A stretch of DNA of 57,908 bases from an uncultured Eubacteriales bacterium (GTDB taxonomy: Bacteria > Bacillota > Clostridia > Oscillospirales > Acutalibacteraceae), in contig CATJNB010000057.1 in the NCBI GenBank assembly GCA_949741605.1, positions 1 to 57,908 of the forward strand. Direction: 5' to 3'. The first letter of the stretch is position 1. Each line of letters starts with the position of its first letter. The position numbers were made by a program, and so were the translations under genes. A model generated the notes under the pieces. That model ran no database searches. It was not told the DNA's origin and was given only the letters and a program-made list of their open reading frames with translations. Positions 27,627-36,063 of the stretch are shown piece after piece.

Positions 27627-29378
27627 TCAGCCTATGTAACGTTTTAACTGTATCAAATCCAGGATGTCCACCACCCCATCTTGATTATAGTCGGCAGCAT
27701 GCCAATAAACCCCTTCAAGCTCCTTCTCGCCCAGCAGATATTCGAATAAATCTGACTCATCCCGGGTATTTACCGTTGCAGAACCATTCAAATCACCGGG
27801 CACCATAATGGTAACAGTATCAATCTGTTTCCCGCTCGGGTCACATAAAGCAATCATCATACCAGTACCGAGCTTACCACTGGAATAAAGCATGCCATTC
27901 GCCCGGCGTACTTCTAACCATCCGGCTCCGGTTTGAATGGTAGACTTTAATTTGGCAACCGTAGTGCCCGGCTCCACAACCATATGCCCCTGTTTTGCAA
28001 TCGCAAATATATCACTGATAATTTTCTTGGGAGTTTCTGGATTGCTGCTCTGGGAAGGCTGCGAACTGGATGCATTCGGAACACTTAAATTCCCACTGGA
28101 AATTTGGGAATTTTCTCCCGCTGGTTCACTCAGAATTTCACTGGGGTTGGAATCGCCCCCGCTTTCTTCCCAGCTGCTTGATGCCGGCTCAGACATCCCG
28201 CTGCTGGACGGTCCTTCCGGCTGGAATACAGGAACATCTGAGAGCAAGATGCGCGAATATCCCACATCGGGATAGAAAAGCAAAATCATGGTATCGTACC
28301 GGTTGCTGGCAAACGATATGATCTCTCCCTTTTGTCCGTCAAACACCACCTTGGCTGGCTGTGATAAATCCTGTAAATCATATTCTCGGATCTGATTATC
28401 CGGGGATTTCACCAAGATCGTACCAGAATCCGTCTGGCAGATTTCTGCCGCCGACCCAGAAAACGGGATGTCTAATTCGGTAAATGTATGATCCTCCTGC
28501 ACAGAGTACAATTTTCCGTCATTGCATACCGCCAAATTTTCATTGACAAAATCAGTCGGAAAAATCAATAAATCTGGGGAGCCTGCGTCTGCCCACGCTA
28601 CCTCAGAAACCGTTTCCTCTGGAAGCCTGTCATCGTCAGGAGCCAGATCCATCCACCAGACTGCTTCTTTCAGTCCGCCATTTGAAAGATCTTGCCCGCG
28701 CAAATACAACCCGCCATCCGGTGTACTGATGATTTTCTCAATCCACCGCTCTCCCAGATCAAATTCCTGAAACCATGTCAATTCGCCCTCGCTCAAATCA
28801 TCCAGTTGAAAAGAATACAGTTTTCCAATCTCCCTGGGGTTGACAAAGTAGAACCGTCCCGATTGATCTGCGGTCAGGCTGATCGGGGAAGAAATGTCAA
28901 CCTGTTCGGACAAAATCCTCCACTGTGAAACAATTTCGTTCCAATGGATGGGCGATGTCTGGCTTAGATCCATGGCTGCCAAAGAATAACAGAAATCAGC
29001 TGATTCTGGATCAACAAGGCTCAGGCTGGTCACAAATAAAAAATCTCCCCGTTGGAATGCAGCATAAGACCCCTCGATATGCAAAGAGGCGTCGGAATTT
29101 TCTGCAAACGTCTGCACGACATCGCCGGACTGGTTCATTTCCACCATAACCGGATTTCCGTTTTCCTCACTCATCCAAAGAAACCCACCGTTCCGCTTGG
29201 GGAATAGACGATGGTTTTGGGAGCCACCCCATTCTTCTTTAAAAAATGTGCCTAAAAATTCATCGTGTCCGCGCCAGGAAAATGCCAGAGCCGTCAGCAG
29301 CACAAAAACACACAACATACCGGTCAGAATCAGGACAAAAATGCGATCATATTTTACAACAAAACTCCTTATTTTCAC
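27627..29378 (-). CDS. Dockerin-containing surface protein with an N-terminal signal/anchor segment
   Basis: 583 aa. The C-terminal type I dockerin has two Ca-binding repeats (GDLNGSATVNTRD..; DYNQDGVVDILDLIQLKRYI). There is also a Ser/Pro-rich linker and an N-terminal hydrophobic segment. GTG start is uncertain. Confidence 0.8.
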   Translation of the reverse strand: MKIRSFVVKYDRIFVLILTGMLCVFVLLTALAFSWRGHDEFLGTFFKEEWGGSQNHRLFPKRNGGFLWMSEENGNPVMVEMNQSGDVVQTFAENSDASLHIEGSYAAFQRGDFLFVTSLSLVDPESADFCYSLAAMDLSQTSPIHWNEIVSQWRILSEQVDISSPISLTADQSGRFYFVNPREIGKLYSFQLDDLSEGELTWFQEFDLGERWIEKIISTPDGGLYLRGQDLSNGGLKEAVWWMDLAPDDDRLPEETVSEVAWADAGSPDLLIFPTDFVNENLAVCNDGKLYSVQEDHTFTELDIPFSGSAAEICQTDSGTILVKSPDNQIREYDLQDLSQPAKVVFDGQKGEIISFASNRYDTMILLFYPDVGYSRILLSDVPVFQPEGPSSSGMSEPASSSWEESGGDSNPSEILSEPAGENSQISSGNLSVPNASSSQPSQSSNPETPKKIISDIFAIAKQGHMVVEPGTTVAKLKSTIQTGAGWLEVRRANGMLYSSGKLGTGMMIALCDPSGKQIDTVTIMVPGDLNGSATVNTRDESDLFEYLLGEKELEGVYWHAADYNQDGVVDILDLIQLKRYIG

Positions 29379-29507
29379 GGCTACACCACTCTTTTCTTTC
29401 TGGGTTTCCTTATCCCCTCTAGTGTAACAGAAATAGAACCGTGAGCGATAACTACGTAAAACTTTTTCACATTTTATTGTATGAATTTTTTAATCGGTTC
29501 CCTAAAC

Positions 29508-29551
29508 CCCAGAAAGAAAGCCCCATGCACATCAAATCTGCATGGGGCTTT
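29508..29551 (-). terminator. Terminator downstream of the FapA-like gene
   Basis: 13-bp perfect arms aaagccccatgca / tgcatggggcttt. On the minus-strand RNA they are followed by CUUUCUUUCU. Confidence 0.65.
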
Positions 29552-29559
29552 GCGTTTCC

Positions 29560-31332
29560 TTAGTGGGAACCGAAAGTAATTTCGCCTTCTTTGAGATAGA
29601 TCATATTCTGATTATGCTCCTCCCGAACCGTAGTCCGGATATGTCCAATGGCCAAAGTGGTATTGGGGTAAATGATGTTGAACCGCATCACGGACTTAAG
29701 CATATCTTGTTCCATCTCATTCATGGTTTCCAGTTTGCTTTGAATATCGCGCTCTTTGAGGCTCTCAATCGCATGGGAGGTGCCTTCCTGTTCTTTTTGT
29801 TCAATAATCGCCAACAACTTTTCCCGTTCTGATTTCAGACGGTTTTTCTCATCCGAAAAGCTTTCCGGGCGTACCAATCCAACATACGTTGGGAGGTTGA
29901 GCTTGCTGCCAACTGACCTTGCCTCAATGCCTTTCATGGCGATAATTTCTCCGCCGATCACAACCCCTTTTCCCGACTTGACCATGACTGCTCCCCAGCT
30001 ATGTACATAGGAGTTTACCGAGCTTTCCAAGTAAATATCCCCTTGTGCACTGGCCACCGTATTTTCCATAAACTTACACCGGATATCTTTCCCAGCTGTC
30101 AGGACCCCTTTGGAGTTTCCGTTCATGCCAGAACGTACAAAAATATTTCCGCCCGCCACTACGGACGCCCCTTCAATCATCCCATTCACGGTGATATCTC
30201 CAGTAGCGCGCACTTCAAACCCGCTGCAAATATCCCCTTGCACCACCAGATTGCCTGTGACATCCAGGTTGCCAATAGAGAAATCCACATTCCCATCAAT
30301 AGTGAGGGTCTGTTCAATGTTATATTTATCATTACGCACCAGAATCTGGCCGTCAATTTTCGAAAGCAGCTGGGTACCATCCTCGCTGAGTTCGGTATTT
30401 TTCCCCGCCGGCACAACCGCTTTTTTCCCGGGATTTGCCGTGATGGGGTTATTATACACGCTAATGCCATCGGTTGGCTCAGTGGGATGGATAATATTGC
30501 AAAGCACATCCCCCTGCTTGACCTGCTGGAACCAGTTCATATCGCGGAAATCCACTTCCCCATTGGCCTTCTCCACCAAACGCAGCTTCGAATCCCGCGG
30601 GATGACTTCCTCAATATACCCATCCTTGCCATCAATGGGACGAGTCCCTTCGGCAACCTCCACGATTTTAAAATAAAGCGGTTCTTTCCCGGCAAGGGTT
30701 TGCAAGGCTTCTTCCTTGATCCCATATTGGATATTTTCGGCTGCTAAAGCCAAATTCAGCAACCCCTGCGACATGGGCTTGCCTGCGCCCAAAGGCGGGA
30801 GCAACAGCACATACGCATACATCCGGTTTCCAGTTACCCAAGTACATGCCTGACTGTCCGTCCCCGCAGGCAAAACAGGGGCATCTTCCTTTGGATGCTC
30901 GGCTTCATACTGGCTCTGCTGGAACCTCCACAAAATATCCCGCGATAACTTTTCCGCTTTATCAATCAGGGCGCGCCTTTCTTCGGTCATATCGACACCG
31001 TCAGGGAGCATATCCTGCGGGCCAAATTCGCAGTGTTGCCCTTCTTCGATCCCATTGACCGTTTGGTACAATTTGAACAGGCTACTGTCCTTCGGAAAAC
31101 GCTCGCGTACCCGGGTACGCGATGGTGGGATAAAAGGCGCCTGTGCCTGCTTTGACGAAGCGGACGATTCATCCGTCTGTGCGGCTTGAGCCTGCTGCTC
31201 AGCCTGCGGCGCCTTTGCTGAGGATGACTCCTCTTTTTTCTTACTGCCGGAAAAAATCTTACGGAATGCGTGGAATACGCCTTTATCCTCATTAGCAGGA
31301 ACTTCCTGATAGTCTTCACGATTGTTGTCCAT
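29560..31332 (-). CDS. FapA/DUF342 family protein
   Basis: 590 aa with a disordered Ala/Gln-rich N-terminus. The central region matches DUF342 (DGKDGYIEEV.., FRDMNWFQQVKQGDVL) and a beta-helical G-x-I/V repeat follows. Confidence 0.75.
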   Translation of the reverse strand: MDNNREDYQEVPANEDKGVFHAFRKIFSGSKKKEESSSAKAPQAEQQAQAAQTDESSASSKQAQAPFIPPSRTRVRERFPKDSSLFKLYQTVNGIEEGQHCEFGPQDMLPDGVDMTEERRALIDKAEKLSRDILWRFQQSQYEAEHPKEDAPVLPAGTDSQACTWVTGNRMYAYVLLLPPLGAGKPMSQGLLNLALAAENIQYGIKEEALQTLAGKEPLYFKIVEVAEGTRPIDGKDGYIEEVIPRDSKLRLVEKANGEVDFRDMNWFQQVKQGDVLCNIIHPTEPTDGISVYNNPITANPGKKAVVPAGKNTELSEDGTQLLSKIDGQILVRNDKYNIEQTLTIDGNVDFSIGNLDVTGNLVVQGDICSGFEVRATGDITVNGMIEGASVVAGGNIFVRSGMNGNSKGVLTAGKDIRCKFMENTVASAQGDIYLESSVNSYVHSWGAVMVKSGKGVVIGGEIIAMKGIEARSVGSKLNLPTYVGLVRPESFSDEKNRLKSEREKLLAIIEQKEQEGTSHAIESLKERDIQSKLETMNEMEQDMLKSVMRFNIIYPNTTLAIGHIRTTVREEHNQNMIYLKEGEITFGSH

Positions 31333-31400
31333 GGGCTGCCTCCGTTCTTTCAGTTAAACAAATAGTCTGGCAAACTCAATAGTTGATTGACTTAGTTTTT

Positions 31401-31429
31401 ATTATACCTGACTTTTCTAACTTTTTCAA
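31401..31429 (-). promoter_or_regulatory. Promoter TTGAAA-17-TATAAT for the FapA-like gene
   Basis: Read on the minus strand: 17-nt spacer, ~65 nt upstream of the start. Confidence 0.55.
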
Positions 31430-31519
31430 CCTATTCAAAACAGTTTTTGCAGGAATATTAGAAACCTTGTACAGAAAAAGCAAACAAACTCTATCAAATA
31501 AATCTGTGCAAAAATCAAC

Positions 31520-31548
31520 TTGCTATTTAAAACACAGTATTGTATGAT
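31520..31548 (+). promoter_or_regulatory. Promoter TTGCTA-17-TATGAT (TG-extended)
   Basis: Lies ~20 nt upstream of the 31569 start. Confidence 0.45.
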
Positions 31549-31568
31549 AAGGATAGAGGTGATCCAAA

Positions 31569-31769
31569 ATGAAAATCCGTTTAAATCCAGACAGGGAAAT
31601 CGTGAACAAGGTGCGGGAAGGACTGAAACGGACGGGTGGCTATTGCCCGTGTGTACTGGAACGTTCCGAAGATACCAAATGTATGTGTAAGGAGTTCAAA
31701 GAACAAATTGCCGATCCTGAATTCAGCGGTTACTGCCACTGTATGCTGTACTTCAAGGAAAAAGAGTGA
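31569..31769 (+). CDS. Mini ferredoxin:thioredoxin-reductase catalytic-subunit-like protein
   Basis: 66 aa with three CxC pairs: CPC-x9-CMC-x15-CHC, followed by MLYF. Confidence 0.7.
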   Translation: MKIRLNPDREIVNKVREGLKRTGGYCPCVLERSEDTKCMCKEFKEQIADPEFSGYCHCMLYFKEKE

Positions 31770-31782
31770 CCAAACATAAAAA

Positions 31783-31820
31783 AACCTCCTGTCAGCCAAG
31801 GGCTTTCAGGAGATTTTTTA
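31783..31820. terminator. Hairpin terminator between convergent genes
   Basis: CTCCTG..AGCC-aag-GGCT..CAGGAG hairpin flanked by A6 and T6 runs. Confidence 0.55.
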
Positions 31821-31821
31821 T

Positions 31822-32997
31822 TTAAACGAGATATTCCAGCTGGCCGTTTGTGGCAATCAGGCCACGGCTGGCGGTCTGTAATTGCACCGTTGGCGGGCCT
31901 TCCTCAAGCCACATGGCCCGGCAATCTCGATACATGCGTTCGACAGGACCATAAGAACAATCCTCAAAGTAACCAATCCCGCCAAAAATCAACAGCATAT
32001 AATCCGATACCAGACGCACCGTTTCAATACTGAAATATTTTGCCATGGCGGCCTTGGTTTCCGGATCTTTTCCAGCATCAAAATCACGGGCAAAATCATA
32101 GACCATGGTTCGCAGCGCATGGATATAGGTGCCCATTTCCGCGATGTAGCTCTGGATCATCTGGCGTTTGGCAAGGGGCTTTCCAAAGGTGACACGATCC
32201 TTTGCACGCGCAATGGACATTTCCATCATCCGCTGTGCCATACCGAGGTTGCTGACCGCAATGTGTGCCCGGGAAATGGCCAGCGAATGCATGGCTACCC
32301 GCAGCCCGTCCCCCTCTTTGCCCAGGAGATATTTTTCATCCACCCGTACATTGGTAAATTTGAGTTTGGCATGGCCCGCCCCGCGGCACCCCATCAAATG
32401 GGGCATCGGCAGCGTTTCGTAACCGGGGCTATCCACTGGCACAAAAAAGGCTGACAGCCGTTTTTCCTTGGGAGCTTCCGGGTCTGTCACGGCGATCACG
32501 TAAGCAAACTGGCAGCAGTCTGTATGGGAAATCAGGGTTTTTTCGCCGTTCAAAATATAATCTTTGCCATCTTTGACCGCTGTTGTGTGCAAATCCGCAC
32601 CGCTGCCGCCGGATTCCTCCGTAAGGGCAAAGCAAGTGAAAATGCTCTTATCCTGGAATTTATCCATATAAGACTGTTTGAGCTGTTCGCTCCCGAACTG
32701 GTCAAGAATCCGCCAGTTTAAATCCATGGCATAATGCAGGTGCATCCGCATCCCGCCCGGCCCACGGCTGAATTCTTCCTGTACCTGTAAAATTTGCAGT
32801 TCACTCAGGCCAAACCCGCCATATTCTTCCGGCAGGGCACAACGGTATAAATCATGCTCCTGTGCCAGACGGTAAAATTCATCCGGGAAATGGTTGGTGA
32901 CTTCCACCTCTTTTTGCATCTCCTCAAACGGCCCCTCGGCCAAGGCGCGGATTTTTTTCAAATAAGCGTCAAATTCCTGTGGTGTCAATGTACTCAT
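31822..32997 (-). CDS. Acyl-CoA dehydrogenase family protein (ACAD1)
   Basis: 391 aa with the ACAD fold (ALTEESGGSGAD, GxxG, C-terminal WLEEGPPTVQ in place of YEGTxxIQ). Its start overlaps the ligase stop (ATGA). Confidence 0.88.
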   Translation of the reverse strand: MSTLTPQEFDAYLKKIRALAEGPFEEMQKEVEVTNHFPDEFYRLAQEHDLYRCALPEEYGGFGLSELQILQVQEEFSRGPGGMRMHLHYAMDLNWRILDQFGSEQLKQSYMDKFQDKSIFTCFALTEESGGSGADLHTTAVKDGKDYILNGEKTLISHTDCCQFAYVIAVTDPEAPKEKRLSAFFVPVDSPGYETLPMPHLMGCRGAGHAKLKFTNVRVDEKYLLGKEGDGLRVAMHSLAISRAHIAVSNLGMAQRMMEMSIARAKDRVTFGKPLAKRQMIQSYIAEMGTYIHALRTMVYDFARDFDAGKDPETKAAMAKYFSIETVRLVSDYMLLIFGGIGYFEDCSYGPVERMYRDCRAMWLEEGPPTVQLQTASRGLIATNGQLEYLV

Positions 32998-34637
32998 ATC
33001 GCTTCTCCTTTTGCTGCACGGTCCGACAAACCCATCCGTTTGGCAATGTCCTTGTGCAGTACATATTTCTTGATCTTCCCGGAATCGGTCCGGGGCAGTT
33101 TTTCCACAATTTCAAGGCGTTCCGGCCACTGCCATTTGGGAACTTCGTTTTCTTTCAAACAGGCAAGCAGGTCGTTCAGGGAAAAGGTTGCTACCTCCGG
33201 CTTTAACACCGCATACGCACAAATCCTCTCCCCCAGCCGTGCGTCCGGCATCCCAATGACGGTGTGTTCTGCAAAGGCTGGGCAAGCATCCAGATTTTCG
33301 TCGAGCTGGTTGGCGTTCAGGTTCTCCCCGCCTCGGATAATGACATCCTTCAGACGTCCGGTAATCCGCAAATATCCTTCCGGATTCTGCACGCACAAAT
33401 CGCCGCTGTGGAACCAGCCATCTGCATCAAAGGCCTGCGCCCCTCCGGTATAACCGACAAATACATTGGGGCCGCGCGAAATTTCTTCGCCTTCCTCCCC
33501 CATGGCAACGTCCTTCCCGTCAGGGCCGACCACCCGTACTTCCACCCCTTCCACCGGACGCCCCGAAACGGTGCCGTTTAAACGCAGGGTCTCCGATGGC
33601 GGGACATATAAATGCGGCGTACTCTCGGTCGACCCGTACACCTCACACAGTAAAATTCCAAACTCCCATGCCCGTTGTACCAAGGCTCCCGGGACTGGTG
33701 CGCCCCCGCATAAATAAAACCGCAGATCCGGCAGCGATTGTCCTGTTGCTTCGAGTTCCCGGAGAATATCATAAATAAAGGTGGTCGCGCCCATCGAATA
33801 CGTGCAACGTTCGCGGCGCATCAGCTCGACGGCCTGCGCCCCTGCAAACCGCTGCTGTAATACCACCCGCGCACCCATCATCATGGTAGCAATCAGGCCA
33901 TGTTGAAATCCAGTTGCATGGTTCAGCGGAGAGGGCATGAACATCACATCTTCTTTGGTCAGCCCAAGCTCTAAATTAAATTGTTTTTCACTGAACACAA
34001 TATTATTATGGGTCAGCATCGCGCCCTTGGATACCCCCGTGGAACCCGACGTGCAAAGCAAGACTGCTACATCATCGGCATCGCACGGGCACCACTCCTG
34101 CAATGGCTCAAACTGCAGGAGTACCTCGCTCCATGCAGGGCAATCCCCCTGTTTTTCCCGGTCATGGTCGAGCAGAAGGACCTGCTTTAAACAAGGCATT
34201 TCGTGTAAAAAGCGTACCGCATTGGTTTCAAAATCGTGATTGCGGAAGCTGGTCGGGCACACAAACAGGGATGGTTGATGAAGGTTTAAAAAATAAACCA
34301 GATCCCTGTGTTCATAGGTGACGGAAATCGGATTGAGTACTGCCCCCACCTTCAGGCACGCCATGGCCAAAACAGCAAATTCTGCCCAGACCGGCGACTG
34401 GCAGGCAACAATATCCCCGCGCGCAACCCCGCTCTCCTTCAAAAACGACGCCACCTGTGAGGACATCCGATCAATCTCACGGTAAGAATACCGGTATCCG
34501 CGGCTGTCTGTGATATATTCGCGCTCCGGATAGGTTTTTACGGTTTCCTGCCAATAATCCAGAAGGGTACGGCTACTCCAGTAGCCTTTTTCGTAATATT
34601 CCTGTTTTTGCTCCTGTCGAATCTGTGCCTGTAACAA
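32994..34637 (-). CDS. Adenylate-forming acyl/aryl-CoA ligase (AMP-binding family)
   Basis: Motifs TSGSTGVSKG, GWFHSGDL, RLKDVIIRGGENL and PRTDSGKIKK. The preferred start is the TTG at 34637 after GGAAGGTGA. The ORF-track start at 34745 lies inside a conserved noncoding element. Confidence 0.85.
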   Translation of the reverse strand: MLQAQIRQEQKQEYYEKGYWSSRTLLDYWQETVKTYPEREYITDSRGYRYSYREIDRMSSQVASFLKESGVARGDIVACQSPVWAEFAVLAMACLKVGAVLNPISVTYEHRDLVYFLNLHQPSLFVCPTSFRNHDFETNAVRFLHEMPCLKQVLLLDHDREKQGDCPAWSEVLLQFEPLQEWCPCDADDVAVLLCTSGSTGVSKGAMLTHNNIVFSEKQFNLELGLTKEDVMFMPSPLNHATGFQHGLIATMMMGARVVLQQRFAGAQAVELMRRERCTYSMGATTFIYDILRELEATGQSLPDLRFYLCGGAPVPGALVQRAWEFGILLCEVYGSTESTPHLYVPPSETLRLNGTVSGRPVEGVEVRVVGPDGKDVAMGEEGEEISRGPNVFVGYTGGAQAFDADGWFHSGDLCVQNPEGYLRITGRLKDVIIRGGENLNANQLDENLDACPAFAEHTVIGMPDARLGERICAYAVLKPEVATFSLNDLLACLKENEVPKWQWPERLEIVEKLPRTDSGKIKKYVLHKDIAKRMGLSDRAAKGEAI

Positions 34638-34702
34638 TCCATCACCTTCCGCTGTTTTTTGCCGGATTTTCCAGCATACTCCTTTTATCTTATCGCATTT
34701 AT

Positions 34703-34740
34703 CCATTTTTGTATAATACAATCTCAAAATATGTTTAATC
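34703..34740 (-). promoter_or_regulatory. Conserved 38-nt element A with TTGTATAATACAA palindrome
   Basis: 36/38 identical to 43849-43886. The palindrome is at 34709-34721. Confidence 0.6.
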
Positions 34741-34765
34741 CTCATCCATAGTCTTTCCCTATCAA

Positions 34766-34802
34766 TGCAAAAAAGCTTTCGGAAACCAACCTCCGAAAGC
34801 TT
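34766..34802 (-). terminator. Terminator of the MBL-fold hydrolase gene
   Basis: 11-bp perfect arms aagctttcgga / tccgaaagctt. The minus-strand RNA is followed by UUUUGCAUU. Confidence 0.7.
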
Positions 34803-34814
34803 CTTTCTGTTCCT

Positions 34815-35819
34815 CTATTCCCGGCGTACCCACCAATACCACATACCATCGCTTTGCCAGACTTGCACAACCCCGCGCCGTACCAGCTCATCCAGACACG
34901 ACAGCGTATTCGCCAAACGGAAATGCGTTTTCAAAAGTTCCTCCTGGACAAATGCCTGTGGTTCGTACCGGAACGCCTGCTGGATGACTTGTGCGAGCGT
35001 CAAGGCACGATCGGAATTTGCCAGTACATCGGCGACCTTTTGCAGCATATGCACAAAATAACGTTTGGTATTCTGTACGGCTTTTTTCGTCCCATAAAAT
35101 GGATTGTAATGGCCGGGAACCACCCAATAATCCGAAAATTCCTGTACAAAACGGTCTAAGGTTTGGAGGTGGAGATGCAGAAGCTCCGCCCCCGGCCGCA
35201 GCGATGCCAAAATTAATACCTGACGTTTGCTTAACGTATCGCTGCTGAACAGCCATTTATGTGAGCGTTCCACCAAACCCATCTGATGCTGGGTATGCCC
35301 TGCGAGAGATATCACCTCAAAATCATATCCGCCATACGCCAAATGTTCCCCTTCCTGCACATCCGTCACTGGGTACCCCGTCCATGGGTAATCCTGATAC
35401 TGGTAGTCCGGCAGGAACGTGCGTTGGATTAGGGATTGTATGTGCTTTGGCGAAAAACCGTAGCTCAAAAGCAGCGGGGAAACCTGTTCGTGCGGCTTTG
35501 CGTAATACAGGTTCCCAATGGGGCAGGACTGTGTTTCCTCCTGCTTCATGAGGATCTGTGCGCCCTGTTCGCTCAACCATTTTGCCAGCCCTGCATGGTC
35601 AGGATGGTTATGAGTCACAAACACATCCAAGTTCTCCCAAGGGATCCTTAAATGGTGTAACACCCGGGTGACGTGTTCCCGGCTTGCCCGGTTGCAAAAC
35701 CCAGCGTCCACTAACAAACTGCGGGGCTGGCCATGGATCAGGTACAAGTTGGATGCCCGGATCTTTGGGGAATCCCATGACGATTTGATCCGGTAAATAT
35801 TTTCTGCTACATTTTTCAC
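34815..35819 (-). CDS. MBL-fold metallo-hydrolase with a C-terminal winged-helix-like domain
   Basis: HNHPDHAG metal motif. The preferred start is the GTG at 35819 after GGAAAGG. The alternative GTG at 35843 lies only ~12 nt from the -10 box. Confidence 0.82.
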   Translation of the reverse strand: MKNVAENIYRIKSSWDSPKIRASNLYLIHGQPRSLLVDAGFCNRASREHVTRVLHHLRIPWENLDVFVTHNHPDHAGLAKWLSEQGAQILMKQEETQSCPIGNLYYAKPHEQVSPLLLSYGFSPKHIQSLIQRTFLPDYQYQDYPWTGYPVTDVQEGEHLAYGGYDFEVISLAGHTQHQMGLVERSHKWLFSSDTLSKRQVLILASLRPGAELLHLHLQTLDRFVQEFSDYWVVPGHYNPFYGTKKAVQNTKRYFVHMLQKVADVLANSDRALTLAQVIQQAFRYEPQAFVQEELLKTHFRLANTLSCLDELVRRGVVQVWQSDGMWYWWVRRE

Positions 35820-35854
35820 AATGTCCCGCCTTTCCTGTTGCACTTTTCCTTCTC

Positions 35855-35883
35855 ATTATAGGAAATCTCAAGGCAAAATGCAA
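35855..35883 (-). promoter_or_regulatory. Promoter TTGCAT-17-TATAAT for the MBL gene
   Basis: Read on the minus strand: perfect -10, 17-nt spacer. Confidence 0.55.
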
Positions 35884-35968
35884 GGATTCCAACCCCATCC
35901 TGCGCGCAGATTTAGGGAGATTGCCAAAATTGACCTAGTGTATTGTGGGATTGCTGGCAGTTCTGCTA

Positions 35969-35997
35969 TTGATTTTACCAAAATCTTATGTTATAAT
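35969..35997 (+). promoter_or_regulatory. Promoter TTGATT-17-TATAAT for the flavoenzyme-lysR1 operon
   Basis: Perfect -10 and 17-nt spacer. The palindrome AATGATATCATT (36005-36016) lies 7 nt downstream. Confidence 0.55.
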
Positions 35998-36063
35998 ATC
36001 CATAAATGATATCATTAAATCCGTTTATGGAACAACGCTTCCAAACCGGGAAAGGGGACTCCC

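Noticed and set aside
30001-30747. 248-aa plus-strand ORF
   Set aside because: It is antisense to the FapA/DUF342 gene.
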